This document shows positions 17,606 through 27,592 of a DNA stretch of 32,000 bases, in pieces; position 1 is the stretch's first letter, and every line of letters starts with the position of its first letter. The stretch lies in contig NZ_JBHSTI010000008.1 of assembly GCF_042660085.1 (NCBI RefSeq), positions 2,115,604-2,147,603 of the forward strand, given 5' to 3'. Under the pieces are notes generated by a model. The model was not told where the DNA came from and searched no databases. It saw only the letters and a list, made by a program, of their open reading frames with translations. The position numbers and the translations under genes are program-made. Source of the DNA: Longivirga aurantiaca (GTDB lineage Bacteria; Actinomycetota; Actinomycetes; S36-B12; CAIYMF01).

Positions 17606-18792
17606 CCGCCCGAGACCGACAGCTCGGCCGCGCTGATGTCGGCGAGGAACCCGTCGAGGTCGTCGGGGTCGTCGAGCCAGCCGTCCGGCAGCGCGACCCG
17701 CTTACCGGGCTGCGTGCGTCCGCGGGGCCCTTCGCTGACCTCGCCCGGCCACGGCTGGTCGAGGTCCATCTGCGCGATGTAGCCGTCGATCTCCTCGAGC
17801 GTGTCCGCGAGCGCGAGCCCCTGGCGGAGCTCGCGGCGTACGACGAAACCCTTGAGGTACCAGGCGATGTGCTTGCGGAAGTCGCGCGGGCCCTTGTCCT
17901 CCCCGAGCACCTCGCTGAGCAGCTGCGCGTGGTGGCGCATCACCGCCGAGACCTCGCGCAGGCCCGGGTCGGCCGGCACGTCGCGGCCGGTGAAGCTCGC
18001 CGCGAGCTGCCCGAACAGCCACGGTCGGCCGAGGCACCCGCGTCCGACGACGATGCCGGCGGCGCCGGTCTGCTCGACCATCCGCTGCGCGTCGGCGTAC
18101 GTCCAGATGTCGCCGTTGCCGAGCACGGGGATGCCGAAGGGCTCGAGCTCCTCGACGAGGCGCGCGATCGCCGACCAGTCCGCGGTGCCGCCGTACAGCT
18201 GGCTCGCGGTGCGGCCGTGCAGCGCCACCCAGGCGGCGCCCTCCTCGGCGGCGGCGCGGCCGGCCTCGAGGTAGGTGAGGTGGTCGTCGTCGACGCCCTT
18301 CCTCATCTTGACCGTGACGGGGACGGGCTCGCGGCCGACGGCGCGGGCGGCGTCGTCGGACGCTGCGACGGCCTCGCGCACGATCGCGCGGAAGAGCCCG
18401 CGCTTCCAGGGCAGCGCGCTGCCGCCACCCTTGCGGGTGACCTTGGGCACAGGGCACCCGAAGTTGAGGTCGACGTGGTCGGCGCGGTCCTCGGCCACGA
18501 GCATCCGGACGGCCGCCGCGACCGTGGCCGGGTCGACGCCGTACAGCTGCACGCTGCGCGGCTGCTCGTCGGCGTCGGTCGCGATCATCTTCATGGTCTC
18601 GTCGTTGCGCTCGACGAGCGCACGGCTCGTGATCATCTCGGTGACGTAGATGCCGGTCGCGGCGCCGTCGGTCGCCGCCCGGGCCTGCTCGCGGGCGAGG
18701 CGGCGGAACGCGCGGTTGGTGATGCCCGCCATCGGCGCGAGCACGACGGGCACGCCACCGCGCGCCAGCAGCTCGTACCCCGGATGCGTCAC
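17602..18792 (-). CDS. dusB: tRNA-dihydrouridine synthase (DusB-like)
   Basis: VVLAPMAGITNRAFRRL; YVTEMITSRALV; DHVDLNFGCPVPKVTRKGGGSAL; VTVKMRKGVDDDHLTYLEAG; VALHGRTASQLYGGTADW; IPVLGNGDIW. Confidence 0.96.
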   Translation of the reverse strand: MTHPGYELLARGGVPVVLAPMAGITNRAFRRLAREQARAATDGAATGIYVTEMITSRALVERNDETMKMIATDADEQPRSVQLYGVDPATVAAAVRMLVAEDRADHVDLNFGCPVPKVTRKGGGSALPWKRGLFRAIVREAVAASDDAARAVGREPVPVTVKMRKGVDDDHLTYLEAGRAAAEEGAAWVALHGRTASQLYGGTADWSAIARLVEELEPFGIPVLGNGDIWTYADAQRMVEQTGAAGIVVGRGCLGRPWLFGQLAASFTGRDVPADPGLREVSAVMRHHAQLLSEVLGEDKGPRDFRKHIAWYLKGFVVRRELRQGLALADTLEEIDGYIAQMDLDQPWPGEVSEGPRGRTQPGKRVALPDGWLDDPDDLDGFLADISAAELSVSGG

Positions 18793-18888
18793 ACCCCCAT
18801 CATCACCGACGCACCGCGCCCCCCAGAAATCCGTGCGGAACGCGGCGTCCGGGAGCGGTGTTGGCGATGGCTGCGTACGGTGTGCGGT

Positions 18889-19854
18889 GTGACGGAGACG
18901 GCGAGCCGGGCCTGGACGCGCGATGTGCTCGACGGCTTCGAGCAGACCACCCTCGTGCTGCCCGACTCGTGGGACGGCCCGGTCGAGGCAGTCGTCGTAC
19001 GGCGCGTCACCGGGCTCACGAGCGGGGGCGCCGTCCTCTACGTGCACGGCTTCGGCGACTACTTCTTCCAGAGCCACCTCGCCGACTACTTCGAGAAGCA
19101 GGGGCTGCGCTTCTACGCCGTCGACCTGCGCCGGCACGGCCGCGCCCTCCGCGAGCACCAGCGCCCCAACACCTGCCGGAGCATCGACGAGTACGTCGAG
19201 GACATCGACGCCGCGGTGCAGCTGCTCGTCCGCGAGGAGGGCGTCACCTGGCTCCTGCTCAACGGCCACTCCACCGGCGGTCTCGCGGGCGCGATCCAGG
19301 CGCACCGGGGCGAGCAGAGGCGCTCGATCGCGGCGGTCTACCTCAACAGCCCGTTCCTCGACATGAACCTCCCCGCCTGGCAGGAGGCGCTCGTCGAGCC
19401 CTTCCTGTCCGCAGTCGGCGGGGTGCTCCCGAACCTCGACATCCCCGGCCTGTCCGCCCTGTACGGCGACAGCATCCACGAGTCGCGCAACGGATCCTGG
19501 GCCTTCGATCTCACCTGGAAGCCGCTCGCGGGATTCCCCGCCAAGGCGGGCTGGATCCGCGCGATCCATCTCGCCCAGCGCGAGGTCGAGGACGGGCTCT
19601 CCATCCAGGCGCCCGTGCTCGTGCTGCACGCAGAGCGCAGCCTGCGCCCGAAGAAGTGGTCGGACGACCTGCTCCGTGCCGACATCGTGCTCGACGTCGA
19701 CGACATCGCGCGCCTCGCCCCCATGCTCGGGCCGAACGTCGAGGTCGACGCCGTGCCCGACGGCATCCACGACCTCGCCCTCGCCGCCGACGGCCCGCGC
19801 GAGACCGCGTTCCGCATGGTCACCGACTGGCTCGCCCGCGTCCGCCAGGACTAG
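18889..19854 (+). CDS. Alpha/beta hydrolase (lysophospholipase-like)
   Basis: GGAVLYVHGFGDYFFQSHLADYFEKQGLRFYAVDLRRHGRA; LLLNGHSTGGLAGAI (GHSTGG nucleophile elbow); C-terminal DGIHDLAL. Confidence 0.9.
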   Translation: MTETASRAWTRDVLDGFEQTTLVLPDSWDGPVEAVVVRRVTGLTSGGAVLYVHGFGDYFFQSHLADYFEKQGLRFYAVDLRRHGRALREHQRPNTCRSIDEYVEDIDAAVQLLVREEGVTWLLLNGHSTGGLAGAIQAHRGEQRRSIAAVYLNSPFLDMNLPAWQEALVEPFLSAVGGVLPNLDIPGLSALYGDSIHESRNGSWAFDLTWKPLAGFPAKAGWIRAIHLAQREVEDGLSIQAPVLVLHAERSLRPKKWSDDLLRADIVLDVDDIARLAPMLGPNVEVDAVPDGIHDLALAADGPRETAFRMVTDWLARVRQD

Positions 19855-19878
19855 CTCCGCGGCTGCGATCCTGGGTCC

Positions 19879-20526
19879 ATGACGCGCGCCCCCGAGGTCG
19901 ATCACGTGGTGCTGGGCGTCGCCGACCTCGACGACGCCGCGGCCCGGCTCGCGGAGCAGGGGATCACGGCGCTCCCCGGCGGCACGCACCCGCACTGGGG
20001 CACGGCGAACCGCATCGTGCCGCTCGGGTCGGCGTACCTCGAGCTCGTCGCCGTCGTCGATGCCGACGTCGCGGCCACCAGCGCGTTCGGCTCGTGGGTC
20101 GCGGCCCAGGCGCGCGGCGACGCCGCCTGGGGCTGGGCCGTGCGCTCGCAGGACATCGCCGCCACCGCAGAGCGGCTCGGGCTCGACCTGGTGGCTGGCA
20201 GCAGGGTGCGGCCCGACGGCGTCACGCTGTCGTGGCAGCTCGCGGGCGTCCCCGACGAGGGCTCGGACCGGTCGCTGCCGTTCTTCATCGCGTGGGGCGA
20301 CGGCGTGCCGATGCCCGGCGGGTCGGCCGTCACCCATGACGCCGGCACCGTGCTGCTGCGCGGGCTCACCGTCGGGGGCGACGACGATGCCCTCCGCGGA
20401 TGGCTCGACGGCGAGGTCGACGGCGTCGTCGTCACGCCTGGCCGCCCCGGCGTGCTCGCCGTGGTGCTGACGACTCCGTCGGCCGAGATCACGCTGCGGC
20501 CGCCGCTCGTGGACCCTCGGCCATGA
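19879..20526 (+). CDS. VOC/glyoxalase-like domain protein
   Basis: EVDHVVLGVADLDDAAARLAEQGITALPGGTHPHWGTANRIVPLGSAYLELVAVVD. Confidence 0.88.
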   Translation: MTRAPEVDHVVLGVADLDDAAARLAEQGITALPGGTHPHWGTANRIVPLGSAYLELVAVVDADVAATSAFGSWVAAQARGDAAWGWAVRSQDIAATAERLGLDLVAGSRVRPDGVTLSWQLAGVPDEGSDRSLPFFIAWGDGVPMPGGSAVTHDAGTVLLRGLTVGGDDDALRGWLDGEVDGVVVTPGRPGVLAVVLTTPSAEITLRPPLVDPRP

Positions 20527-21290
20527 CCGCCCTGACGTCGCAGCAGGCCGAGTGGCGTGCCCGCGCCTGGACGGCGTACCCGCCGATCCTCACGCTGTCC
20601 GGCGCCGGCAGGGACGCCGACGTCGTGTTCCGCTCGCCGACGGTCTGCGGTGCCGACATGGTCGTGCCGCATGCGTGGGGCATCCGGATCTGCGCCGGCG
20701 ACTCGACGCCCGATCCGGCGGATGCCGCAGCCGCCATCGCCTGGTGCCGGCACCGGGACGCCGGCCACGGCTGGTTCGTCAGCGGACCGGCCGCACGCGC
20801 CGACGACTGGCCGGGCCTCGAGGTCGGCGACGGCAGCGGCGTGTTCGCCACCGACGCTACGGTCGCCGCAGCCTTCCCGCTGGTCGTGCCCGACGGCGTC
20901 ACGCTCGAGCACGCACCCTCGCTGGGCGACGTCCGGGCCGCGTACGGCGGATGGATGGACGACCACCCGCTGGCAGACCTGCTCGTCACAGCCGACGACC
21001 TGGCGCATCCCGATCGCGCGTTCGTCGTGGCGCACGTCGACGGCGAGCCGGTCGGGTGCGCGTTCGTGTGGTGGGGCGAGGGCACGGCGTACCTCTCGGG
21101 GATCGGGGTCGTCGAGCGGCTGCGCGGACGCGGGATCGGCAACGCGCTCACGACTGCTGCGGCGCAGGTGGGTGCCACGAGGCCCGGCACGGATGTGGTG
21201 TGGATGTTCGCGACGCCCGAGGGCGCTGCGCTCTACGACCGCATGGGCTTCGTGCTCGTCGACCGCGAGGTGCTGCTGCGACCGCGCTAG
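20523..21290 (+). CDS. GNAT-family N-acetyltransferase
   Basis: GCAFVWWGEGTAYLSGIGVVERLRGRGIGNALTTAAAQVG...DVVWMFATPEGAALYDRMGFVLV; ATGA overlap with the VOC gene. Confidence 0.88.
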   Translation: MTALTSQQAEWRARAWTAYPPILTLSGAGRDADVVFRSPTVCGADMVVPHAWGIRICAGDSTPDPADAAAAIAWCRHRDAGHGWFVSGPAARADDWPGLEVGDGSGVFATDATVAAAFPLVVPDGVTLEHAPSLGDVRAAYGGWMDDHPLADLLVTADDLAHPDRAFVVAHVDGEPVGCAFVWWGEGTAYLSGIGVVERLRGRGIGNALTTAAAQVGATRPGTDVVWMFATPEGAALYDRMGFVLVDREVLLRPR

Positions 21291-21739
21291 GCGTCGAGGC
21301 GGAACAGCAAGTAGCCGTCGTCCGCGATCCCGTCAGGCACGAAGCCGGCCTTCGCCAGCACCCGCTGGGATGCGACGTTGTGAGGCACGACCCCCGCCTG
21401 CAGCGGGCGGATCGGGTCCTCGGCCACCAGCAGCTCGAGCGCTCGGGAGGCGATGCCGCGACCCCAGTGGGCACGGTCGATCCAGTAGCCCACCTCGCGC
21501 CCGCCGTGGGCGTAGAAGCTGCCGATGTTGCCGACGACGACGCCGTCAGCCTCGATCACGCGGTAGTGCACCTCGGGATCGGCGCGGATCCGACCCAGGT
21601 GCTCGAGGAAGGCCGTGCGGTCGCGCGACGGGAAGTCGGCCATCGCCGCAGCCTCGGCATCGGCCTGGTGCCAGAAGAGCTCGTCGACATCGCCGTCACG
21701 CACCTCGCGCAGCGTCACGGTCGCCGGGTGCGGCTGCAT
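21287..21739 (-). CDS. GNAT-family N-acetyltransferase
   Basis: VTLREVRDGDVDELFWHQ...GNIGSFYAHGGREVGYWIDRAHWGRGIASRALELLVAEDPIRPLQAGVVPHNVASQRVLAKAGF. A longer start at 21814 is possible. Confidence 0.88.
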   Translation of the reverse strand: MQPHPATVTLREVRDGDVDELFWHQADAEAAAMADFPSRDRTAFLEHLGRIRADPEVHYRVIEADGVVVGNIGSFYAHGGREVGYWIDRAHWGRGIASRALELLVAEDPIRPLQAGVVPHNVASQRVLAKAGFVPDGIADDGYLLFRLDA

Positions 21740-21856
21740 GCGCACATCCTGCCCGGCACCGCCGAGGGCGGCGCGGGGCTTTCCGTTGGGAGACCCCGGG
21801 CGCCTGGTAGGCACCCGGGGGCACCTTCATCCTGAAGAGTTCGGTGTGGTGGGTCC

Positions 21857-23239
<1,383 letters not shown>

Positions 23240-23356
23240 GACTGGGTGGGCTCCATCCGGCTGGAATGTCGGCGAGGGTGTCCGCACGCGTTCGGTGCGG
23301 GGCTTCAGGCTACGCGAACGTGCCGTGGTGCTCGTGCGGGGTTCGGCACCGCGGGG

Positions 23357-23752
23357 TCAGCCGAACTCCCCGCGGCTCACGTGCGGTGCGGCAGCTTCGC
23401 CGAGGCCCACGACGTCGGCGTCCGCCCCGCGTGCTGACGGCTGCTCGACGACCGAGTCCGGCGTCCGCGCGACGAGCACCTCGAACGCCGTGGCCTCGTC
23501 CACCGCCGTCTGCAGGAACGGCCACCGCAGCTTCACCTCGTACGCCGACAGCGCGCGACGGTAGGAGCCGACGTCCTCCCACTCGGTCGCGAGCACCAGG
23601 AGGTCGGGCTCGTCGACGGCCCGGGCGATCCACCCGCGGACGTACCCCGGGAGGCCGGCGAGCACCGCGAGCAGGTCGCGGGCGGCGCCGAGGGCGTCGG
23701 TGGTCGACGCGAACCCCGCGAGCGGGAGGCGGTGGCGGGTGACGACGAGCAC
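23357..23752 (-). CDS. Antibiotic biosynthesis monooxygenase (ABM)-like domain protein
   Basis: LVVTRHRLPL...AARDLLAVLAGLPGYVRGWIARAVDEPDLLVLATEWEDVGSYRRALSAYEVKLRWPFLQTAVDEATAFEVLV. Confidence 0.72.
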   Translation of the reverse strand: MLVVTRHRLPLAGFASTTDALGAARDLLAVLAGLPGYVRGWIARAVDEPDLLVLATEWEDVGSYRRALSAYEVKLRWPFLQTAVDEATAFEVLVARTPDSVVEQPSARGADADVVGLGEAAAPHVSRGEFG

Positions 23753-23821
23753 TCCCCCACCGTAGGCCGATCCCGGAGGATGCGACGATGGGGTCCTCCC
23801 CCGACCCGAGGACCACGAGCC

Positions 23822-24220
23822 GTGCCCCAGAGCAAGCGCCACCCCGCCCGGCGCCCCGAGAAGCGACCGGCCAAGCCGAAGCACTCGCCGCGCACGCAGA
23901 CCCCGAGCCGCAGGCCTGCGCCCTCGTCCACCTCCTCGCCGGCGCGCCGCAGGCTCGAGATCGCCAGCGCTGGGCCGCTCATGCTGCTCAGCCGCCTGCC
24001 CAAGTGGGTCGTCCCCGCGCTCCTCGCGCTCCTGCTCGTCGGCGGGCTCGCGATCCCGAGCCCGTGGTCGGCGCTGTTCCTCGTCCCCGTCGCACTGTTC
24101 CTCGCCTGGCTGCTCGCCCTCGCCTGGCCCGTGCTCTCGACCCGCGGCCGGCTCATGCGCCTGGTCGTGGTGCTGCTGGTCGTCGCAGCGGCGATCGCCC
24201 GCTTCGTCTCGCTGATCTGA
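23822..24220 (+). CDS. Small basic protein with two C-terminal hydrophobic segments, hypothetical membrane protein
   Basis: VPQSKRHPARRPEKRPAKPKHSP...KWVVPALLALLLVGGLAIPSPWSALFLVPVALFLAWLLALAWPVLSTRGRLMRLVVVLLVVAAAIARFVSLI*. Confidence 0.75.
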   Translation: MPQSKRHPARRPEKRPAKPKHSPRTQTPSRRPAPSSTSSPARRRLEIASAGPLMLLSRLPKWVVPALLALLLVGGLAIPSPWSALFLVPVALFLAWLLALAWPVLSTRGRLMRLVVVLLVVAAAIARFVSLI

Positions 24221-24225
24221 CCCGA

Positions 24226-24252
24226 TGAACATGGTTTTGACAATCATGTTCA
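24226..24252. promoter_or_regulatory. Two overlapping Zur-box-like sites upstream of znuA
   Basis: TGAACATGGTTTTGA (24226-24240) and TGACAATCATGTTCA (24238-24252), within the larger inverted repeat ATGAACATG-N11-CATGTTCAT (24225-24253). Confidence 0.75.
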
Positions 24253-24272
24253 TTTAGCGCGAGACTGGACGC

Positions 24273-25196
24273 ATGACGCGCCGCCCCCTCCGTGCCCTCG
24301 CGCTCCTGCCCGTCGTCGCCCTGCTCGCCGCCTGCGGCTCGTCGGGCGCTGCCTCGAACGGCGCAGCCGACCCGACGGTGTCGGTGGTCGCCGGCTTCTA
24401 CCCCCTGCAGTGGGCGGCCGAGGTCGTCGGGGGCGACCGCGTCTCGGTCACGTCGCTCACCTCGCCCGGCGCGGAGCCGCACGACCTCGAGCTGACCCCG
24501 CAGCAGGTCGCGGCCGTCACCGACGCGGGCCTCGTGCTCTACGTGGCCGAGTTCCAGCCCGCCCTCGACGACGCGATCGCGCAGAGCCCGGAGGCGGCGG
24601 TCGACGTCGCAGCGGGCCTCGAGACGCTCGCGCCGGAGGAGCACGCCGGCGAGGACCACGAGGGCGAGAAGGAGGCGAGCTACGACCCGCACGTGTGGCT
24701 CGACCCCACGAACATGGCGGCGATCGTCGCGACGGTCGCCCAGCGGCTCTCGTCGCTCGACCCGGCCGGCGCCTCGACGTACGCCGCCAACGCCGCGGCC
24801 CTCGAGGACCGGCTCACCGCCCTCGACGAGCAGTGGCGCACCGGCACGGCGACGTGCACCAGCCGCGACCTCGTCGTCTCGCACGAGGCGTTCGGCTACC
24901 TCGCCAAGCGCTACGGCTTCGAGCAGGTCGGCATCTCGGGCCTCGCTCCGGACACCGAGCCCAGCCCTGCCAAGATCGCCGAGGTGGCCGACTTCGTGCG
25001 CGCCAACGAGGTGCGCACGGTCTACTACGAGACGCTGGTCGACCCGAAGGTCGCCCAGACCGTGGCCGACGAGACCGGCGCGAAGACCGCGGTGCTGGAC
25101 CCGCTCGAGGGTCTCGCGGAAGGATCGACCGACGACTACATCAGCGTGATGGAGAAGAACCTCCAGACGGTGAAGGACGGACAGCCCTGCTCGTGA
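24273..25196 (+). CDS. znuA: Zinc/manganese ABC transporter substrate-binding lipoprotein
   Basis: Lipobox LLAACGSS; [22 protein letters not shown]; [16 protein letters not shown]; [13 protein letters not shown]; [14 protein letters not shown]; [17 protein letters not shown]. Confidence 0.92.
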   Translation: MTRRPLRALALLPVVALLAACGSSGAASNGAADPTVSVVAGFYPLQWAAEVVGGDRVSVTSLTSPGAEPHDLELTPQQVAAVTDAGLVLYVAEFQPALDDAIAQSPEAAVDVAAGLETLAPEEHAGEDHEGEKEASYDPHVWLDPTNMAAIVATVAQRLSSLDPAGASTYAANAAALEDRLTALDEQWRTGTATCTSRDLVVSHEAFGYLAKRYGFEQVGISGLAPDTEPSPAKIAEVADFVRANEVRTVYYETLVDPKVAQTVADETGAKTAVLDPLEGLAEGSTDDYISVMEKNLQTVKDGQPCS

Positions 25197-25996
25197 CCCA
25201 TGACCATGCGCACGCGCACACCGACCCCGGGGCGGTGTTCTCCGCCGCGCGCGCATGTGTGACCTTCGACGGCGACTGCGTCGTCGACGAGGTCGACCTC
25301 ACGATCACCCATGGCGAGTTCGTCGCCGTCCTCGGAGAGAACGGCGCCGGCAAGACCACGCTCGTGCGCGCCCTGCTCGGGCTCACGCCCCTCTCGCACG
25401 GCTCGGTCCGCCTCTTCGGCACGCCGCTCGAGTCGTTCACGGACTGGGGCCGCATCGGCTACGTGCCCCAGCGCCTCCTGTCCGCCGGCGCCGTGCCGAC
25501 GTCGGTGCGCGAGGTCGTGGCGTCCGCGCTGTGGGGCCCGAAGGGCCGCTTCCGCCGCTCGCTGCGCGCAGACTCCGTGGAGCAGGCGCTGCGCTCGGTC
25601 GATCTCTGGGACCGCCGCGACGACCGGCTCGACACGCTGTCCGGCGGGCAGCAGCGCCGGGTCCTCATCGCCCGCGCGCTCGCCGGCGGCGCCGACACGT
25701 TCGTCCTCGACGAGCCGACTGCGGGCATCGACAGCGTGAGCCAGGCTCGACTGGCGGAGACGCTGGGCTCGCTCAAGGATTCGGGCTCCACCGTCGTCGT
25801 GGTCACCCACGAGGTCGGGGCGCTCGCCGATCTCGTCACCCGGGCGCTCGTCCTCGGTCGCAGCAGCCACGGGTCGGTGCTGTACGACGGCCCGCCGCGG
25901 CGCGAGGAGCTCGCCCACCACCACGCGTGGCACCACAGCGAGGAGCTCGCACCCGTCGAGGTCCCCGTCGCGCCCGTCACGCTCCTGGAGGGCTGA
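25193..25996 (+). CDS. znuC: Zinc/manganese ABC transporter ATP-binding protein
   Basis: Walker [18 protein letters not shown]; signature [15 protein letters not shown]; Walker [14 protein letters not shown]. His-rich N-terminus [15 protein letters not shown] overlap with znuA. Confidence 0.94.
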   Translation: MTHDHAHAHTDPGAVFSAARACVTFDGDCVVDEVDLTITHGEFVAVLGENGAGKTTLVRALLGLTPLSHGSVRLFGTPLESFTDWGRIGYVPQRLLSAGAVPTSVREVVASALWGPKGRFRRSLRADSVEQALRSVDLWDRRDDRLDTLSGGQQRRVLIARALAGGADTFVLDEPTAGIDSVSQARLAETLGSLKDSGSTVVVVTHEVGALADLVTRALVLGRSSHGSVLYDGPPRREELAHHHAWHHSEELAPVEVPVAPVTLLEG

Positions 25997-25999
25997 TCC

Positions 26000-26869
26000 G
26001 TGCCCCTTCTCGAGTACGACTTCCTCCAGCGGGCGCTGGTCGCCGCCGCCATCGTGGGTCTGGTCGCTCCGCTCATCGGCGTCTTCCTCGTCCAGCGCCG
26101 GCTCGCCCTGCTCGGCGACGGCATGGGGCATGTGGCCCTCGCCGGCGTCGGCATCGCGTTCCTCTTCGGCACGGCGCCCGTGCCCACCGCTCTCGTCGCG
26201 GCCGCGGCCGGCGCGGTCGTCATCGAGCTGATCCGCGCGAAGTCGCGCACCGCAGGCGATCTCGCCCTCGCGCTCATCTTCTACGGCGGCATCGCGGGCG
26301 GTGTCCTGTTCACCTACCTGGCGGGCGGCAAGTCCTCCGCCGCCCTCAACCAGTACCTGTTCGGGTCGCTGTCGACCGTGTCCGCGAGCGACCTCGTGTG
26401 GCTGGCCGTCGTGGCCCTGCTCGTGATCGTGGTGCTCGCGACGTTCGGCCGCGAGATCTTCGTGATGGCGCTCGACCCCGACCTCGCCCGCACCCAGGGC
26501 ATCCGCGTCACCGCGATGAGCATGCTCCTCACCGTGCTGGCGGCGCTCACCGTCGTGATCGGCATGCGCACCGTCGGGCTCCTGCTCGTGAGCGCGATCA
26601 TGATCGTGCCGGTCGCTGCGGCCCAGCAGCTCACGCGGTCGTTCCGCACGACGGCGATGATCGGCGTGGTGGTCGGTGAGCTGGCCGCGGTCCTCGGCCT
26701 GTTCTCGAGCTACTCCCTCGACGTGCCGCCCGGGCCCGCGATCGTCATGGTGGCCCTGCTGCTGTTCGGCCTCTGCGCCGCGCTCGCCGTGCCCGTACGC
26801 CGCCGTCGCTCCCGTGGGGTGGCGGCTGCCGCAGCCGCTGCCGCCGAGCCGATCGGAGCGCACGCATGA
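26000..26869 (+). CDS. znuB: Zinc/manganese ABC transporter permease
   Basis: EYDFLQRALVAAAIVGLVAPLIGVFLVQRRLALLGDGMGHVALAGVGIAFLFG; AVVIGMRTVGLLLVSAIMIVPVAAAQQL. Confidence 0.94.
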   Translation: MPLLEYDFLQRALVAAAIVGLVAPLIGVFLVQRRLALLGDGMGHVALAGVGIAFLFGTAPVPTALVAAAAGAVVIELIRAKSRTAGDLALALIFYGGIAGGVLFTYLAGGKSSAALNQYLFGSLSTVSASDLVWLAVVALLVIVVLATFGREIFVMALDPDLARTQGIRVTAMSMLLTVLAALTVVIGMRTVGLLLVSAIMIVPVAAAQQLTRSFRTTAMIGVVVGELAAVLGLFSSYSLDVPPGPAIVMVALLLFGLCAALAVPVRRRRSRGVAAAAAAAAEPIGAHA

Positions 26870-27279
26870 CCACGCGACGGACCACCAGCGTCCCCGGGGT
26901 GCGCTCCACGAGGCAGCGCACGGCGGTGTCGGGCGTGCTCGACGAGCTCGACGGCTTCCGCAGCGCGCAGCAGATCCACGCCGAGCTCGCCGGGCGCGGC
27001 GACGCCGTCGGGCTCACCACCGTCTACCGCACCCTCGCCGCCCTCGCGGAGGCCGGCGAGGTCGACTCGTTGCTCAACGACGAGGGCGAGACGGTCTACC
27101 GCCGGTGCGAGGGCGGGTCGCACCACCACCACCTCGTGTGCCGCCAGTGCGGAGCGACGGTGGAGATCGACGGCCCCGCCGTCGAGACCTGGGCCGACCG
27201 CATGGCCGCCGAGCACGGCTACGACGAGGTCAGCCACACCCTCGAGATCTTCGGCCGCTGCGCCGCCTGTCGCGCCTGA
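26866..27279 (+). CDS. zur: Fur-family regulator, probable Zur
   Basis: RSTRQRTAVSGVLDELDGFRSAQQIHAEL...VGLTTVYRTLAALAEAGEVD; HHHHLVCRQCGATVEI; CAAC metal site. Overlaps the znuB end (ATGA). Confidence 0.92.
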   Translation: MTTRRTTSVPGVRSTRQRTAVSGVLDELDGFRSAQQIHAELAGRGDAVGLTTVYRTLAALAEAGEVDSLLNDEGETVYRRCEGGSHHHHLVCRQCGATVEIDGPAVETWADRMAAEHGYDEVSHTLEIFGRCAACRA

Positions 27280-27287
27280 GACGTCCG

Positions 27288-27349
27288 CGAGTTACTGCCC
27301 AAAGTGGGGTTGTGGAGGGGTCCAACACCCCACTTTGGGCAGTTACTCG
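27288..27349. terminator. Long inverted repeat after zur, likely terminator
   Basis: CGAGTTACTGCCCAAAGTGGGGTTG-tggaggggtc-CAACACCCCACTTTGGGCAGTTACTCG; the core ACTGCCCAAAGTGGGG pairs perfectly over 16 bp. Confidence 0.75.
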
Positions 27350-27388
27350 GAGACCTGGACGGCGCGGTCAGGGTCGGACCGCGCAGCT

Positions 27389-27588
27389 GGGTAGCCAGTG
27401 TGCGCTCTGCGACGGAATCGCCGCTCAGCTAGGCAGTGCCTCCTTACCCGGGTAGCCAGCGTGCGCTCTGCGACGGAATCGCCGCTCAGCTAGGCAGTGC
27501 CTCCTTACCCGGGTAGCCAGCGTGCGCTCTGCGACGGAATCGCCGCTCAGCTAGGCAGTGCCTCCTTACCCGGGTAGCCAGCGTGCGC
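27389..27588. repeat. 61-bp tandem direct repeat, 3 full copies plus a 17-bp partial fourth
   Basis: Unit gggtagccagcgtgcgctctgcgacggaatcgccgctcagctaggcagtgcctccttaccc at 27389, 27450 and 27511; partial at 27572. Only one substitution seen (T at 27399 in copy 1). Confidence 0.97.
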
Positions 27589-27592
27589 CCTG

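Noticed and set aside
23240-23356. Possible T-box riboswitch in the glyS leader
   Set aside because: Read on the minus strand; no recognisable T-box sequence or specifier-loop features could be identified.
27389-27588. CRISPR array interpretation of the 61-bp repeats
   Set aside because: Copies are contiguous with no unique spacers and no cas genes nearby; they are plain tandem repeats.
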